64,000 nucleotides of DNA from Nostoc sp. DedSLP01 (GTDB lineage Bacteria > Cyanobacteriota > Cyanobacteriia > Cyanobacteriales > Nostocaceae). Location of the stretch: the NCBI GenBank assembly GCA_034530875.2, contig JAVRCJ020000020.1, positions 91,162 to 155,161 of the forward strand, given 5' to 3'. Positions 29,145 through 39,009 of this stretch are shown here, piece after piece (positions within the stretch are counted from its first letter, which is position 1; each line of letters opens with the position of its first letter). A program made the translations under genes and the position numbers. The notes beneath the pieces are model-generated. The model worked only from the letters and a program-made list of their open reading frames with translations. It made no database searches and had not been told where the DNA came from.

Positions 29145-32100
29145 ATGTCTGGAAAAAATAAGCTAGTCAAGGCAATTCAAAAAAACTTCAAAATAATTGG
29201 CAAGAAGTTTTTATCTGCGCTTAACAAGCGAATTATTTGGCTATTAAGGACTATTTTTCTTAGTCCAAGAAGACCCACTTCCCAGAATGCGGGCTTTGTG
29301 CTGCCAACAGTGGCAATGGTAACTTTGGTAGTCGTACTATTAACAACTGCAATTCTGTTTAGATCTTTTGAACGAGCGAAAAACGCTAGTAATATTCGGG
29401 TGAATGAAGCTGTGCTGAATGCGGCTACACCAGCGCTTGATAGAGCTAGAGCTAAATTAGATGCATTACTAGAAGACCCAACACTACCACGAGGAACTCC
29501 CTCCGATAACGCTTTATATGATGCTCTGAAAAAAGACAAATACAAGCTTGGTGATGAAACTCGGCTAAAGTTAGCCTATGACATTAACGGTAATAATACC
29601 ATTGACACTAGTAGCGATTTAGAGAGTGATGAAACGCTAAAAAGTGCTTGGAAATTTGCAGTTGATACAGATAATAACGGCAAAAAAGACACCTTTACTC
29701 TTTATGGGATCTTCTTTCGCTCGCCCACTAGAGATTCTACTACAGGAAGCTTTAATCGTGAAAGAAAACCTCTAGACGCTAGAACACCACCAATGGATAG
29801 TAACGCGAACCAGCAGTGTGGTAGTGCAACTGGTTTTGCTAGCTTAGTTGGTAACTCGAGTTGGTACAGATTAAATAGCGGGAATCTGGGTAAAAGCTTC
29901 TTTGTTTATACCGTTAACGTGCCTATTACTCAACTTGGCAGTTTAAGTAATACAGAGTACGAAACCTTTCAAGGAAACAAAAGTGTTGTAGCATTAGAGT
30001 TTCAACAAGACCGGACTCGTATTCCTCTAGCAAATAACGCCGTTTGGTTTGAGAATGACCTAGAAGTTATTGTTGGGAGTACCACTTTATTATTAAACGG
30101 AAGGCTTCACACTAATGGCAACTTGCTGGCAGGGGTTATAGGTAGTGGCGGTAACATCACTTTCCGGCAAGTTAGCAGTAAAACATCCTGTTTCTACAAT
30201 ATGGAAAACGGGCAGATCACTGTTGGAGGAAATGTCGGAAATGGTAGCCTTTCTCAAAATAATACTGGTACAAGTGTAAACGTTGACCTTTTTCAAGGTT
30301 TTGGGAACGGTATCTCAACTGGTACGATTAACGACACCAACAAATCTACAGGTTCTACTGGTGGTGGCAGTATCGGATTCAATGATGCAGCATTCAATCA
30401 ACGCATTAATGCGATGAAGACTACTGCTATTGGTTTATGTACAGATTGTAATAGCGCAACTACTGGTAGCGAGCTCAAAACAGCTGTTGCAGCAAGTAGT
30501 TACCCAACCGATGTAAAAACCAATGTCTCAAACAAAGTACTAGCGACTGATGATGCTACCACAGCCAAAAATATCCTCTACGACGAAATAGAAATTTATC
30601 TGAGAAATCGCACCCGTCGAGTACCCTTTGCAGAAGTTACAGACGCCACTGGATCGGGTGCAACAACTGGTTATGGTAGCAGTATCACAGCAATTACTGC
30701 CAGTTTAGATCCTCCAGCGGTTTGGAGAGAACCACTAAACTCCAGTAACCAGTTCACTGGTGCAACAAGTATCACTGTAAATACATCTCAGCTACAAGCT
30801 ACACAGCCAAATTTACAAAAGAAACAAGGCACTCAAACTTACTTAGGCGATCGCGTTTTTGTAGGTAATAACTTACCTGCTCTATGGCTGAATGGTACAC
30901 AATATGTTGGTTCCGATGCTCAACAATCAATTATGAGCAGTGGTAGTGCGGTTAACTGGACTGCAAGTGGTTCTGAACCACCAGCAAGATGGCGTAGCAC
31001 TCAAATACAAGCAGTTGCTGACTTAGGTCTATCTGACCGAAATGGCTTTTGGGAAGAAAATGCGACGAAAAACCCCGTAAACGATCTAGACAATGTAGGT
31101 GGTGTGCGGATTGTTACTGGGGCAGGTATTTATGTAGACGGTACTGGTACTTCCAATACAGCATCCGGATCTACCGGGCCATTTTACGGTCGTGATGATT
31201 ACTCTTTTCTACCAACTCCAACCTCGGCATCCGGTGTAACTCTAGGTACTGATGACATACTAGTTTGGCCTGACACTATGCCAATGACAAAGCCTGGAGA
31301 TACTACTCGCCAAGGCGATCTACTAATGCGAGCCACGGCTGTTTATCACTACAAAATAGACTATGGCGTTGACCAAGAACCGATTTCTTGTGTAAGTAGC
31401 TACTACGATCCCTCAGATGAAAATACAGCTAAAAACAAAATTAATAAAGATGGTGGATATGGTGTAGATACCACCAACGGTCGGTCAAACAATGGTGTTG
31501 TTTACAATTACCCGACAGCTGGAAGAAGCACATTTTATAACACCTACAAAGATCGTTTGCAACGACAAGCTAACTTAAAATTCCCCAATGGGCGTTGGGC
31601 TAACAAACCATTACGAGATGCGATCGCCAACCTGAAGACTACTAATAGTGGTACTCTACCCAGTGCAGTACCCAGTAGTGGTTTGCAGCTAGCTGATTAT
31701 TCGGCGATTGACACAGCGCTTTGTGCTATTTCAATTTTGAGTAGTCCAACTAGCTTCGTTGCTACTCCTAGTAGCCAACCCGCTCATGGTGCAATCAGAG
31801 AAGCCAGTTTTCTCGATGGTAGGGAAGTAAAACAGATTAGTACGCCAGCCTCACCCACCACATACAACTTTGATATAGAACAGCGTCAACCTTTAGAAAT
31901 TAGAACTACAGACATTGACTTAGGTTCTCTCGCTACTACAGTAATCAGTCCTGCCAGTGGTACTAGCGACTATTTGTTACCTTACAGTGGCATTATTTAC
32001 GCTTCTAGGGATGATGGCTTGCGCGATGCTAGCGAGACATACACTGAAACTGATGTAAGTAGCATATCTAGATCGGAGTTACTCAGCCCAACTGATTTTA

Positions 32101-34010
32101 AGCTTGATGCCACTCGTCGCCCCAACAGCATCCGCCTGATTAATGGAGGAACTTTAGCAAGAGCTGGTACTAATACTTACAATGCTAAAGAAAAAGGTCT
32201 AATTTTAGTAACAAACTTGCCCGCCTATATCAAAGGCAACTTCAACTTGCACCGCACAAGCACAAGTAGCACTACAGAAATAGAGGAATTTACACAGACT
32301 GAGCCAACTACTAACTTCTACGATCGCAGCACTCGCGAAAATAGGTTTGCTTGTCGTCCAGGAAGAACAGGCTGTCCTGATGCTACTACTGGAGGTGACT
32401 TTTGGAGACCAGCCACCATCATTGCCGATTCAATGACCTTACTTTCTAACAGTTTCGTAGATGGTGTGCGTAGATTCGGTGACTACGACCTAAACAATAA
32501 CACTGGCATTCTTGTAGAAGATAACTTTAATCCTGCAAGCGTGACTAGTTCTAGCTTAGATAGTACTAGGCTAAAACGTCTGAAAAATGGCTTTTGGGAA
32601 AACAATTTTGTTACTAGTTCATATTGGACAGATAACGGTCAGCCCAGAACAGCAGCTATTGGTTCTTACTTAACAAATGGAATTACACCAATTCAGCGCC
32701 GGGTTAGTACTGGTAGTCCTAATGTCCCTCTATATATCATGGAAATTTGCCGTAAGCTACCAGTTTCAGAGTGTGGTGCTGGAGATTGGTATGTTGGATT
32801 TGACAGCAATGGCGATGGGACTCTAACTGCTGCTGAAAGAAACATTAAGACATATCAATTAGGACAAGCCATAGCTGCTGCTGCTACTAGTGCTGGTGCT
32901 GATGTTACAACTCTTCTCTCTAATTGGGATACCCAATTCACAACTACTGGTAATAGTAAAAGCATTAGAGAGCGACTTGGGGCTGGCGATACAAGCAGTA
33001 AACTGGCTCTGCAAGGAGCGCTAGATAAAGATCGGCGTTATCCCCGCCGGGTTGCCTTTGCTCGTGATGACAGCAACAACCTGATTGCAACTGCTACTGG
33101 TGTTTATAAGCCAATGGGCATAGGTTGTGCCCTCGATACTACTGGTAGTACATATACTGGTAATGGATGTACGTTTCCTAATGTTGGACAATCCATCGCC
33201 AATGTTCGAGGTCTATGGTTTAGAACAACCACTAGCACAACCAATCCCGCGGCGGGAGCAACAGCAACGTATGCAAACGATAAACCACTCTTCTATTACC
33301 CCCCTATAGATGGTTCTGATGCTGATAGCGACCCCGATTTAGATGGTCAACCGCTTCTAGTGCCAGTGTTACAGATTCATGATTCAGACCAAGATCCACC
33401 CAACTTGAGAAACGAAGGAGGAACCCAAAGTGGTTTTAGGGATGTATGGATACAACAAGTACCCGCATCTACTACTGTATATAATGCAACTTTTGTATTA
33501 GGAAATAGCCCTGGCAGGCCAGATGAAACTTCCTCAGGTTTGCAAAACTTTGTGCGCTTTGCAGAAAACTGGAATGGTACTGATAGAATCGCTAAAATCA
33601 GTGGAAGCTTTATTCAATTGAAACGCAGTGCCTTTGGAACAGGGCCGCTTTCACCCCTTTTCAGATCCAACAATAATTCTGGTAATAGCGTTGATGTCAG
33701 TCTTTTTGGCTACGTACTAGATACTTACCCGACTCCTAACGAATCAGGTTTGTTACCTTTCTACTCGCCACCAACTAGAAAATGGGGGTTTGATGTCGGC
33801 TTGTTGTCAGAGCAACCAGACTTGTTTGCTCAAAGGTTTACCGCACCCCCAACGGGTCGTCCAAATGAGTTCTTTAGGGAAGTTGGACGGGATGATAACT
33901 GGGTGAAAACATTGCTGTGTGCTGGTCAAATCTCATCAGGATCGACTTATACAAATGCCGTTTCTAGTGAATATCGCCCCAGTAGTTGTCCATCAATACC
34001 AAATGATTAG
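29145..34010 (+). CDS. hpsA: Hormogonium polysaccharide biosynthesis protein HpsA (large PilX-like protein)
   Basis: AGFVLPTVAMVTLVVVLLT pilin-like N-terminus and C-terminal GLQNFVRFAENW...PPTRKWGFDVGL...PDLFAQRF...NEFFREVGRDD; heads the pilin/glycosyltransferase cluster. Confidence 0.88.
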   Translation: MSGKNKLVKAIQKNFKIIGKKFLSALNKRIIWLLRTIFLSPRRPTSQNAGFVLPTVAMVTLVVVLLTTAILFRSFERAKNASNIRVNEAVLNAATPALDRARAKLDALLEDPTLPRGTPSDNALYDALKKDKYKLGDETRLKLAYDINGNNTIDTSSDLESDETLKSAWKFAVDTDNNGKKDTFTLYGIFFRSPTRDSTTGSFNRERKPLDARTPPMDSNANQQCGSATGFASLVGNSSWYRLNSGNLGKSFFVYTVNVPITQLGSLSNTEYETFQGNKSVVALEFQQDRTRIPLANNAVWFENDLEVIVGSTTLLLNGRLHTNGNLLAGVIGSGGNITFRQVSSKTSCFYNMENGQITVGGNVGNGSLSQNNTGTSVNVDLFQGFGNGISTGTINDTNKSTGSTGGGSIGFNDAAFNQRINAMKTTAIGLCTDCNSATTGSELKTAVAASSYPTDVKTNVSNKVLATDDATTAKNILYDEIEIYLRNRTRRVPFAEVTDATGSGATTGYGSSITAITASLDPPAVWREPLNSSNQFTGATSITVNTSQLQATQPNLQKKQGTQTYLGDRVFVGNNLPALWLNGTQYVGSDAQQSIMSSGSAVNWTASGSEPPARWRSTQIQAVADLGLSDRNGFWEENATKNPVNDLDNVGGVRIVTGAGIYVDGTGTSNTASGSTGPFYGRDDYSFLPTPTSASGVTLGTDDILVWPDTMPMTKPGDTTRQGDLLMRATAVYHYKIDYGVDQEPISCVSSYYDPSDENTAKNKINKDGGYGVDTTNGRSNNGVVYNYPTAGRSTFYNTYKDRLQRQANLKFPNGRWANKPLRDAIANLKTTNSGTLPSAVPSSGLQLADYSAIDTALCAISILSSPTSFVATPSSQPAHGAIREASFLDGREVKQISTPASPTTYNFDIEQRQPLEIRTTDIDLGSLATTVISPASGTSDYLLPYSGIIYASRDDGLRDASETYTETDVSSISRSELLSPTDFKLDATRRPNSIRLINGGTLARAGTNTYNAKEKGLILVTNLPAYIKGNFNLHRTSTSSTTEIEEFTQTEPTTNFYDRSTRENRFACRPGRTGCPDATTGGDFWRPATIIADSMTLLSNSFVDGVRRFGDYDLNNNTGILVEDNFNPASVTSSSLDSTRLKRLKNGFWENNFVTSSYWTDNGQPRTAAIGSYLTNGITPIQRRVSTGSPNVPLYIMEICRKLPVSECGAGDWYVGFDSNGDGTLTAAERNIKTYQLGQAIAAAATSAGADVTTLLSNWDTQFTTTGNSKSIRERLGAGDTSSKLALQGALDKDRRYPRRVAFARDDSNNLIATATGVYKPMGIGCALDTTGSTYTGNGCTFPNVGQSIANVRGLWFRTTTSTTNPAAGATATYANDKPLFYYPPIDGSDADSDPDLDGQPLLVPVLQIHDSDQDPPNLRNEGGTQSGFRDVWIQQVPASTTVYNATFVLGNSPGRPDETSSGLQNFVRFAENWNGTDRIAKISGSFIQLKRSAFGTGPLSPLFRSNNNSGNSVDVSLFGYVLDTYPTPNESGLLPFYSPPTRKWGFDVGLLSEQPDLFAQRFTAPPTGRPNEFFREVGRDDNWVKTLLCAGQISSGSTYTNAVSSEYRPSSCPSIPND

Positions 34011-34027
34011 AAATTGGTTAAATCGCC

Positions 34028-34705
34028 ATGATGATAGGAAAACAAGCTAACAAACAAAGCTTAAAGGTAGCTGTATTTTGCCTACGAAACAGCACAGGGG
34101 GTTTCACAATTATTGAATCTTTGGTAGCGATACTTGTGGTGAGCGTCTTGCTTGTAGCGATCGCTCCGGTGCTTTCCCTCTCCGTGGCAACTCGCGTACA
34201 ATCTCGACGGGTAGAATTAGCCACTCAAGCTGCCAGGTCATACATTGATGCTGTGAAGACTAAAAAAGTCGCTGCTCCAACTTCTACAGGTAGCAATACC
34301 TTAACTGCGTATGCTGCTCCCACAGCTACAGGAACTCTAACTTGTCCAACAGCAAACTCTTACTGCACAAGTTCAACGGAGTTGTACTGTGTTGACTTTG
34401 ATAGTAGTGGTAGCTGTGAAAACACTAGTCTTACAGACATGATTGTACAGGGTTTCCGCTACAACTCAGCAAGTAGCAATGCTAGTAGTGGATATGCTTT
34501 AGGTGTGCGAGTTTACAGAGCTGATGCTTTTAAACAAAGTACCACTCTCCTCAAAAACACTTCTACAACTAAGACAACACAAGCTACTTACACCGGAGGC
34601 GCCGGTCAACGCAAAGCACCTTTAGTAGAAATGACGACAGATATTAACGACACTGTACCTAAATATACTGACCTTTGTGCCCGCTACACTGGTGGTTGCA
34701 ATTGA
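34028..34705 (+). CDS. hpsB: Hormogonium polysaccharide secretion pseudopilin HpsB (PilV-like)
   Basis: Class III signal GG/FTIIESLVAILV; ATRVQSRRVELATQAA; GVRVYRADAF; directly after hpsA. Confidence 0.85.
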   Translation: MMIGKQANKQSLKVAVFCLRNSTGGFTIIESLVAILVVSVLLVAIAPVLSLSVATRVQSRRVELATQAARSYIDAVKTKKVAAPTSTGSNTLTAYAAPTATGTLTCPTANSYCTSSTELYCVDFDSSGSCENTSLTDMIVQGFRYNSASSNASSGYALGVRVYRADAFKQSTTLLKNTSTTKTTQATYTGGAGQRKAPLVEMTTDINDTVPKYTDLCARYTGGCN

Positions 34706-34883
34706 ATTAGGGCTTAGACAAAGAACTTGTCAAACTCTTATTCTTCTGTTTTTTGTGTTTCCTCTGTGGTAGCCTGCGGCAACCCCTCCCGGCGCTCATA
34801 GGGGAAACCCCCAAAATGTAATGCTTCACTGCTTTGCGTCTACGATTTTTGATTACCTTTGCGTCAGTCCTGTGAATGTTGAT

Positions 34884-35069
34884 TAGACTTCTTGTAAAAA
34901 TCCTAACTTTACAGTCTTTCTCTGCTTCCGAACATCTTTCTTTGTGTGAGGCCAACCAATATCTATAGGACTCCTACTTGATTTTTGCGAAGCTAGGCAG
35001 ACTGTTTCTCTGTTCCCTCTGTACGAGTGATTCAGGGATTAAATCAGATTTATATATACAAGAAGTCTA
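34884..35069. mobile_element. MITE-like element (186 bp, no coding capacity)
   Basis: Perfect 13-bp terminal inverted repeat TAGACTTCTTGTA...TACAAGAAGTCTA with TA at both ends; a related end CAAGAAGTCTA lies near 3257. Confidence 0.65.
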
Positions 35070-35105
35070 TTCTTAAATATCTGTCAATAAAAGGGAAACC
35101 ACAGC

Positions 35106-36125
35106 ATGATAAGTTTACTGAAATTTATCCTGAATATTCAATTCAAACGTTCTGGAATAAATAAGACAATTAGTGGTTTTACTTTAGTTGAACTGCTAAT
35201 AGGTATGGCGATGGCAATATTAGTCATAACGCCTTTAATGGCATTTATGATTAACATTCTAGATACCGATCGCAAAGAACAAGCCAAGACAACTTCTGAA
35301 CAAGAAATCCAAGCAGCACTAGATTATATTGCTCGCGATTTACAGCAAGCAGTTTATATCTACGATGGTGATGGAGTGAACAGAGTTAGAAATACTACCC
35401 CTATTAGTAGTTCAGGAATCAAAGACCAAATTCCACCGGTTAAAACTGCTTCTAATTGTAGCGATGCGAGTACTTGTAAACCAATACTTGTCTTTTGGAA
35501 ACGTAAGTTTATAGCCGATAGTGTTGGGATTAGTAGCACTAGTCAAACTAGTGCAGCCCAAACAGATGATGGCTTTGCTTATTCCTTAGTAGCATACTAC
35601 TTAATTACCAATACAAATAGTGCAAACTCTACTTGGTCTAAAGAAGCACGAATTGGTAGATTTGAACTCCAAGGTCCAGTCGCAGCAGCTAATGCTAATA
35701 CAACAGGAAGTGCAAGTGATACTGGATTTAATCCACCACCAATAAATAGCAGTGGTGCCACCCTCAAAGAAAAGATGAACCAGTGGCAGACGGCATTAGG
35801 CGCATCAGATAATTACTCTACTAATAATCCAGTTGTAACTTTGGTTGATTATATTAGCACCACTGCCCCTGGGTCGACAATTAACACTAGTGCTGCTGCT
35901 ACAGCTTGTCCTGGTATAAACCCTGGTGCAAAACTTATAGGCACTCAAACAACTGGCTTCTTTGCTTGTGTTGATGCCAATGAAGTGTTAGCACAAGTCT
36001 ACATCAGGGGTAATGCACTTGCGCGCGTGCAAAATAATAACTTAGCTTACAGTGATAGCAAAAAAACTTATTTTCCAAGTTCAAGTATTCAGGTGCAAGG
36101 ACGCGGATATTTATTTAGTAAATAA
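35106..36125 (+). CDS. hpsC: Hormogonium polysaccharide secretion pseudopilin HpsC (PilW-like)
   Basis: SG/FTLVELL class III signal; EQEIQAALDYIARDLQQAVYIY, PILVFWKR, YSLVAYYL, VYIRGNALAR. Confidence 0.87.
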   Translation: MISLLKFILNIQFKRSGINKTISGFTLVELLIGMAMAILVITPLMAFMINILDTDRKEQAKTTSEQEIQAALDYIARDLQQAVYIYDGDGVNRVRNTTPISSSGIKDQIPPVKTASNCSDASTCKPILVFWKRKFIADSVGISSTSQTSAAQTDDGFAYSLVAYYLITNTNSANSTWSKEARIGRFELQGPVAAANANTTGSASDTGFNPPPINSSGATLKEKMNQWQTALGASDNYSTNNPVVTLVDYISTTAPGSTINTSAAATACPGINPGAKLIGTQTTGFFACVDANEVLAQVYIRGNALARVQNNNLAYSDSKKTYFPSSSIQVQGRGYLFSK

Positions 36126-36152
36126 CCTCTAGCTAATTAATCAAAGGGTAAT

Positions 36153-36839
36153 ATGCACAGCGCACCTTTATTGAGGTTCAAAAAAATTTCTAAACAATTT
36201 GTAGTCAAAATGCCAAAGCAGCAATGTCAGGTCAACAAACTCTCCCAAGATGCTGGTTTTAGCCTGATAGAATTAACTGTAGTGGTGCTGATGATTGGAG
36301 TTTTAGCAGCGATCGCAGCTCCAGGTTGGCTTGCTTTTGTAAACCGACAACGTGTCAATAAAGTTAATGATGTTGTTTTAGCTGCACTCAGGGATGCACA
36401 GAGCCAAGCTAAAAATAAAAAACTTAGTTACAGTGTCAGCTTTCAAAAAAATAGTACAACCCAAAATATAGAGGTTGCTATTTATCGTACTGATGCTGGA
36501 GCTAGCGGATGGAAACCTTTAGGGAAAGATATTGGAGTTAGCTCCGGTCAATTTTTGCTAGGAGCAAATCTCATCAGTGAAAACACTGCTGGTTCATCCG
36601 TATCTTACACTTTAAGTGCATCAACAAAAATTACATTTGACTATATGGGTACTTTAAGTTCACCAAATGCAAACTTTGGAACAGCGACAGCCCCTTCTAC
36701 AGAGACACCTGGAATAAAAATTGTCGCAGCAGTACCAAGTTCTGCAAATTCTACATCGCCCAGCAGCATAAAGCGATGTGTAATTGTCAAAACTATTTTA
36801 GGTTCAATGATTCCAGGGAAAGACTCAGAATGTAATTAA
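36153..36839 (+). CDS. hpsD: Minor pilin/pseudopilin (FimT-like; HpsD by position)
   Basis: AG/FSLIELTVVVLMIGVLAAIAAPGW; C-terminal KRCVIVKTILG. Name assigned by synteny. Confidence 0.8.
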   Translation: MHSAPLLRFKKISKQFVVKMPKQQCQVNKLSQDAGFSLIELTVVVLMIGVLAAIAAPGWLAFVNRQRVNKVNDVVLAALRDAQSQAKNKKLSYSVSFQKNSTTQNIEVAIYRTDAGASGWKPLGKDIGVSSGQFLLGANLISENTAGSSVSYTLSASTKITFDYMGTLSSPNANFGTATAPSTETPGIKIVAAVPSSANSTSPSSIKRCVIVKTILGSMIPGKDSECN

Positions 36840-37025
36840 GTAATTTTAATAGGGTCAATTTATAAAAATACGAGATAATACTGAACATAAAACTGCACAA
36901 TGATAGCAAAATGAAAGCATCAGGTGCAGTTTATTGTTACGATAAATTATTTTAAATAGCCAGTAAAAAACTACTCACTGGTTTGACATACAACAACTTC
37001 CTAATCAAAATATATCTTTTACAAA

Positions 37026-38000
37026 ATGACTGATTGCCTAGATTTTACTGTAGCTATCCCAACTTATAACGGTGAAAGTCGTTTGCCCGAACTATTAGAA
37101 CGACTAAAAAATCAGCTTCACACAGAACATTTATCTTGGGAAATTATAGTTGTAGACAATAACAGCACTGATAACACAGCTAAAGTTGTTCAAAGCTATC
37201 AACAAAATTGGCAATGCCCTTACCCTTTAAAATATTGCTTTGAAGCAAAACAAGGAGCAGCTTATGCTCGGAAAAAGGCAGTTGCTGAAGCTAGAGGTAA
37301 ATTAATAGGTTTTCTAGATGATGATAATTACCCAATATCCAATTGGGTAGCCGCAGCTTATGCTTTTAGTCAAAAGTATTTAAAAGCAGGAGCTTATGGC
37401 AGCCAAATTCATGGAGACTATGAAGTACAACCACCAGAAAACTTTGAGAGGCTTGCTCCATTCTTAGCGATTACAGAGCGAGGAGATTTGCCGCTATTGT
37501 ATGAGCCTAAAAATAAATTGCTACCTCCTTCAGCCGGACTTGTTGTCCGCAAACAAGCTTGGTTAGAAAATGTACCAGAACAGTGTATATTAACTGGTAG
37601 AGTTAAAGGCAATATGCTTACCAGTGAAGACTTAGAAATGTTGTCTTATATCCAAAAATCAGGCTGGGAAATTTGGTATAACCCAGAAATGCAGATATAT
37701 CACAAAATACCAAGCTCCCGGTTAAAAAAAGAGTATTTAATTCCGTTTTTTAAAGGTATTGGGCTTAGTCGTTATGTAACTAGAATGGCAAATATCAAGG
37801 ATGTATATAGGCCATTTGCTCTTTTAGCTTACACTATCAACGACTTACGTAAAATTATTTTACACTCGCTCAAATACAGGACTATATTAAAAACTGATTT
37901 AGTCGCTGCTTGTGAGATGCAACTCTTTTTAAGTAGTCTAATTAGCCCTTTTTATCTTTGGAGAAATGGCTATTTAAATAAAAATCTAACTAAACAATAA
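37026..38000 (+). CDS. hpsE: Hormogonium polysaccharide glycosyltransferase HpsE (GT2)
   Basis: VAIPTYNG, VDNNSTD, FLDDDN, LPPSAGLVVRKQAW, GWEIWYNP. Confidence 0.87.
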   Translation: MTDCLDFTVAIPTYNGESRLPELLERLKNQLHTEHLSWEIIVVDNNSTDNTAKVVQSYQQNWQCPYPLKYCFEAKQGAAYARKKAVAEARGKLIGFLDDDNYPISNWVAAAYAFSQKYLKAGAYGSQIHGDYEVQPPENFERLAPFLAITERGDLPLLYEPKNKLLPPSAGLVVRKQAWLENVPEQCILTGRVKGNMLTSEDLEMLSYIQKSGWEIWYNPEMQIYHKIPSSRLKKEYLIPFFKGIGLSRYVTRMANIKDVYRPFALLAYTINDLRKIILHSLKYRTILKTDLVAACEMQLFLSSLISPFYLWRNGYLNKNLTKQ

Positions 38001-38010
38001 ATACATATTT

Positions 38011-39009
38011 ATGATGATTCAAATATGTCAAAAGATAGATGTTACTGTAGCTATTCCTACATATAATGGAGCGAAACGTTTACCTAAAGTTTTAGATTTA
38101 TTACTCAGTCAAAACGGAGTAGAAAATTTAAAATGGGAAGTTGTTGTTATTAATAATAATAGTAGTGATAATACAAATGAGGTAATTCATGATTACCAAA
38201 AAAAGTTTATCCAAAACTTTCCATTAAGATATTTTCTGGAAAAAAAACAGGGTGTAGCTTTTGCAAGGATGCGGGCTATAAATGAAGCTAGAGGTGAATT
38301 TATTGCATTCTTAGATGATGATAATTTTCCAACGAAGAATTGGCTTTTAGAGTCTTATATCTTTGGCAAAAAACATCCTCAAGCTGGTGCTTGGAGTGGT
38401 CAAATTCATGGAGACTATGAAGTAAAACCGCCAGAGAATTTTACAAGAATTCAAGCATTTTTAGCTATTAGAGAACATGGGTTAGAGCCATATTTATTTG
38501 ATGCAGATAATTTAAGACTTCCTCCAGGCGCTGGTTTAGTCGTTCGTAAGCAAGCTTGGTGTGAAAGTGTTCCTGAAGAATTGGTTTTTAAAGGTAGGCT
38601 GACTAAATTGATGATTGGGGGAGATGATACAGAAGCTCTCTTATACTTACACAAAGCGGGTTGGGAAATCTGGTACAATCCTGCAATGCATATCGCTCAT
38701 CAAATTCCACCTTCGCGTCTAGAAAAAGACTACTTGCTAATATTGGCACGTGGCTATGGTCTGTGTATTTTTCAGCTACGCTTAATTAATGCTAGAAATT
38801 GGCAAAAACCAATAATTTTCGTTAAAACTGTCTTGGGAAATTTAAATAGAATATTACAGCATATTCTAAAATATAGAGGCGACTTAAAAAGTAATTTAAT
38901 CGCACTTTTTGAAATAAATTTTTACTGGGCTAGCATGATAAGTCCTTTTTATTCTCTAAAATGGAATCTAGATAAAATTTTAGAAAAGAAAACTATGCAA
39001 AATGACTAA
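38011..39009 (+). CDS. HpsE-family GT2 glycosyltransferase paralogue (HpsF by position)
   Basis: Same motifs as the preceding gene (VAIPTYNG, FLDDDN, LPPGAGLVVRKQAW, GWEIWYNP). Confidence 0.85.
   Translation: MMIQICQKIDVTVAIPTYNGAKRLPKVLDLLLSQNGVENLKWEVVVINNNSSDNTNEVIHDYQKKFIQNFPLRYFLEKKQGVAFARMRAINEARGEFIAFLDDDNFPTKNWLLESYIFGKKHPQAGAWSGQIHGDYEVKPPENFTRIQAFLAIREHGLEPYLFDADNLRLPPGAGLVVRKQAWCESVPEELVFKGRLTKLMIGGDDTEALLYLHKAGWEIWYNPAMHIAHQIPPSRLEKDYLLILARGYGLCIFQLRLINARNWQKPIIFVKTVLGNLNRILQHILKYRGDLKSNLIALFEINFYWASMISPFYSLKWNLDKILEKKTMQND

Noticed and set aside
34707..34955. 82-aa minus-strand ORF in the hpsB-hpsC spacer
   Set aside because: It is built from MITE/SDR repeat sequence and has no protein-like motif.
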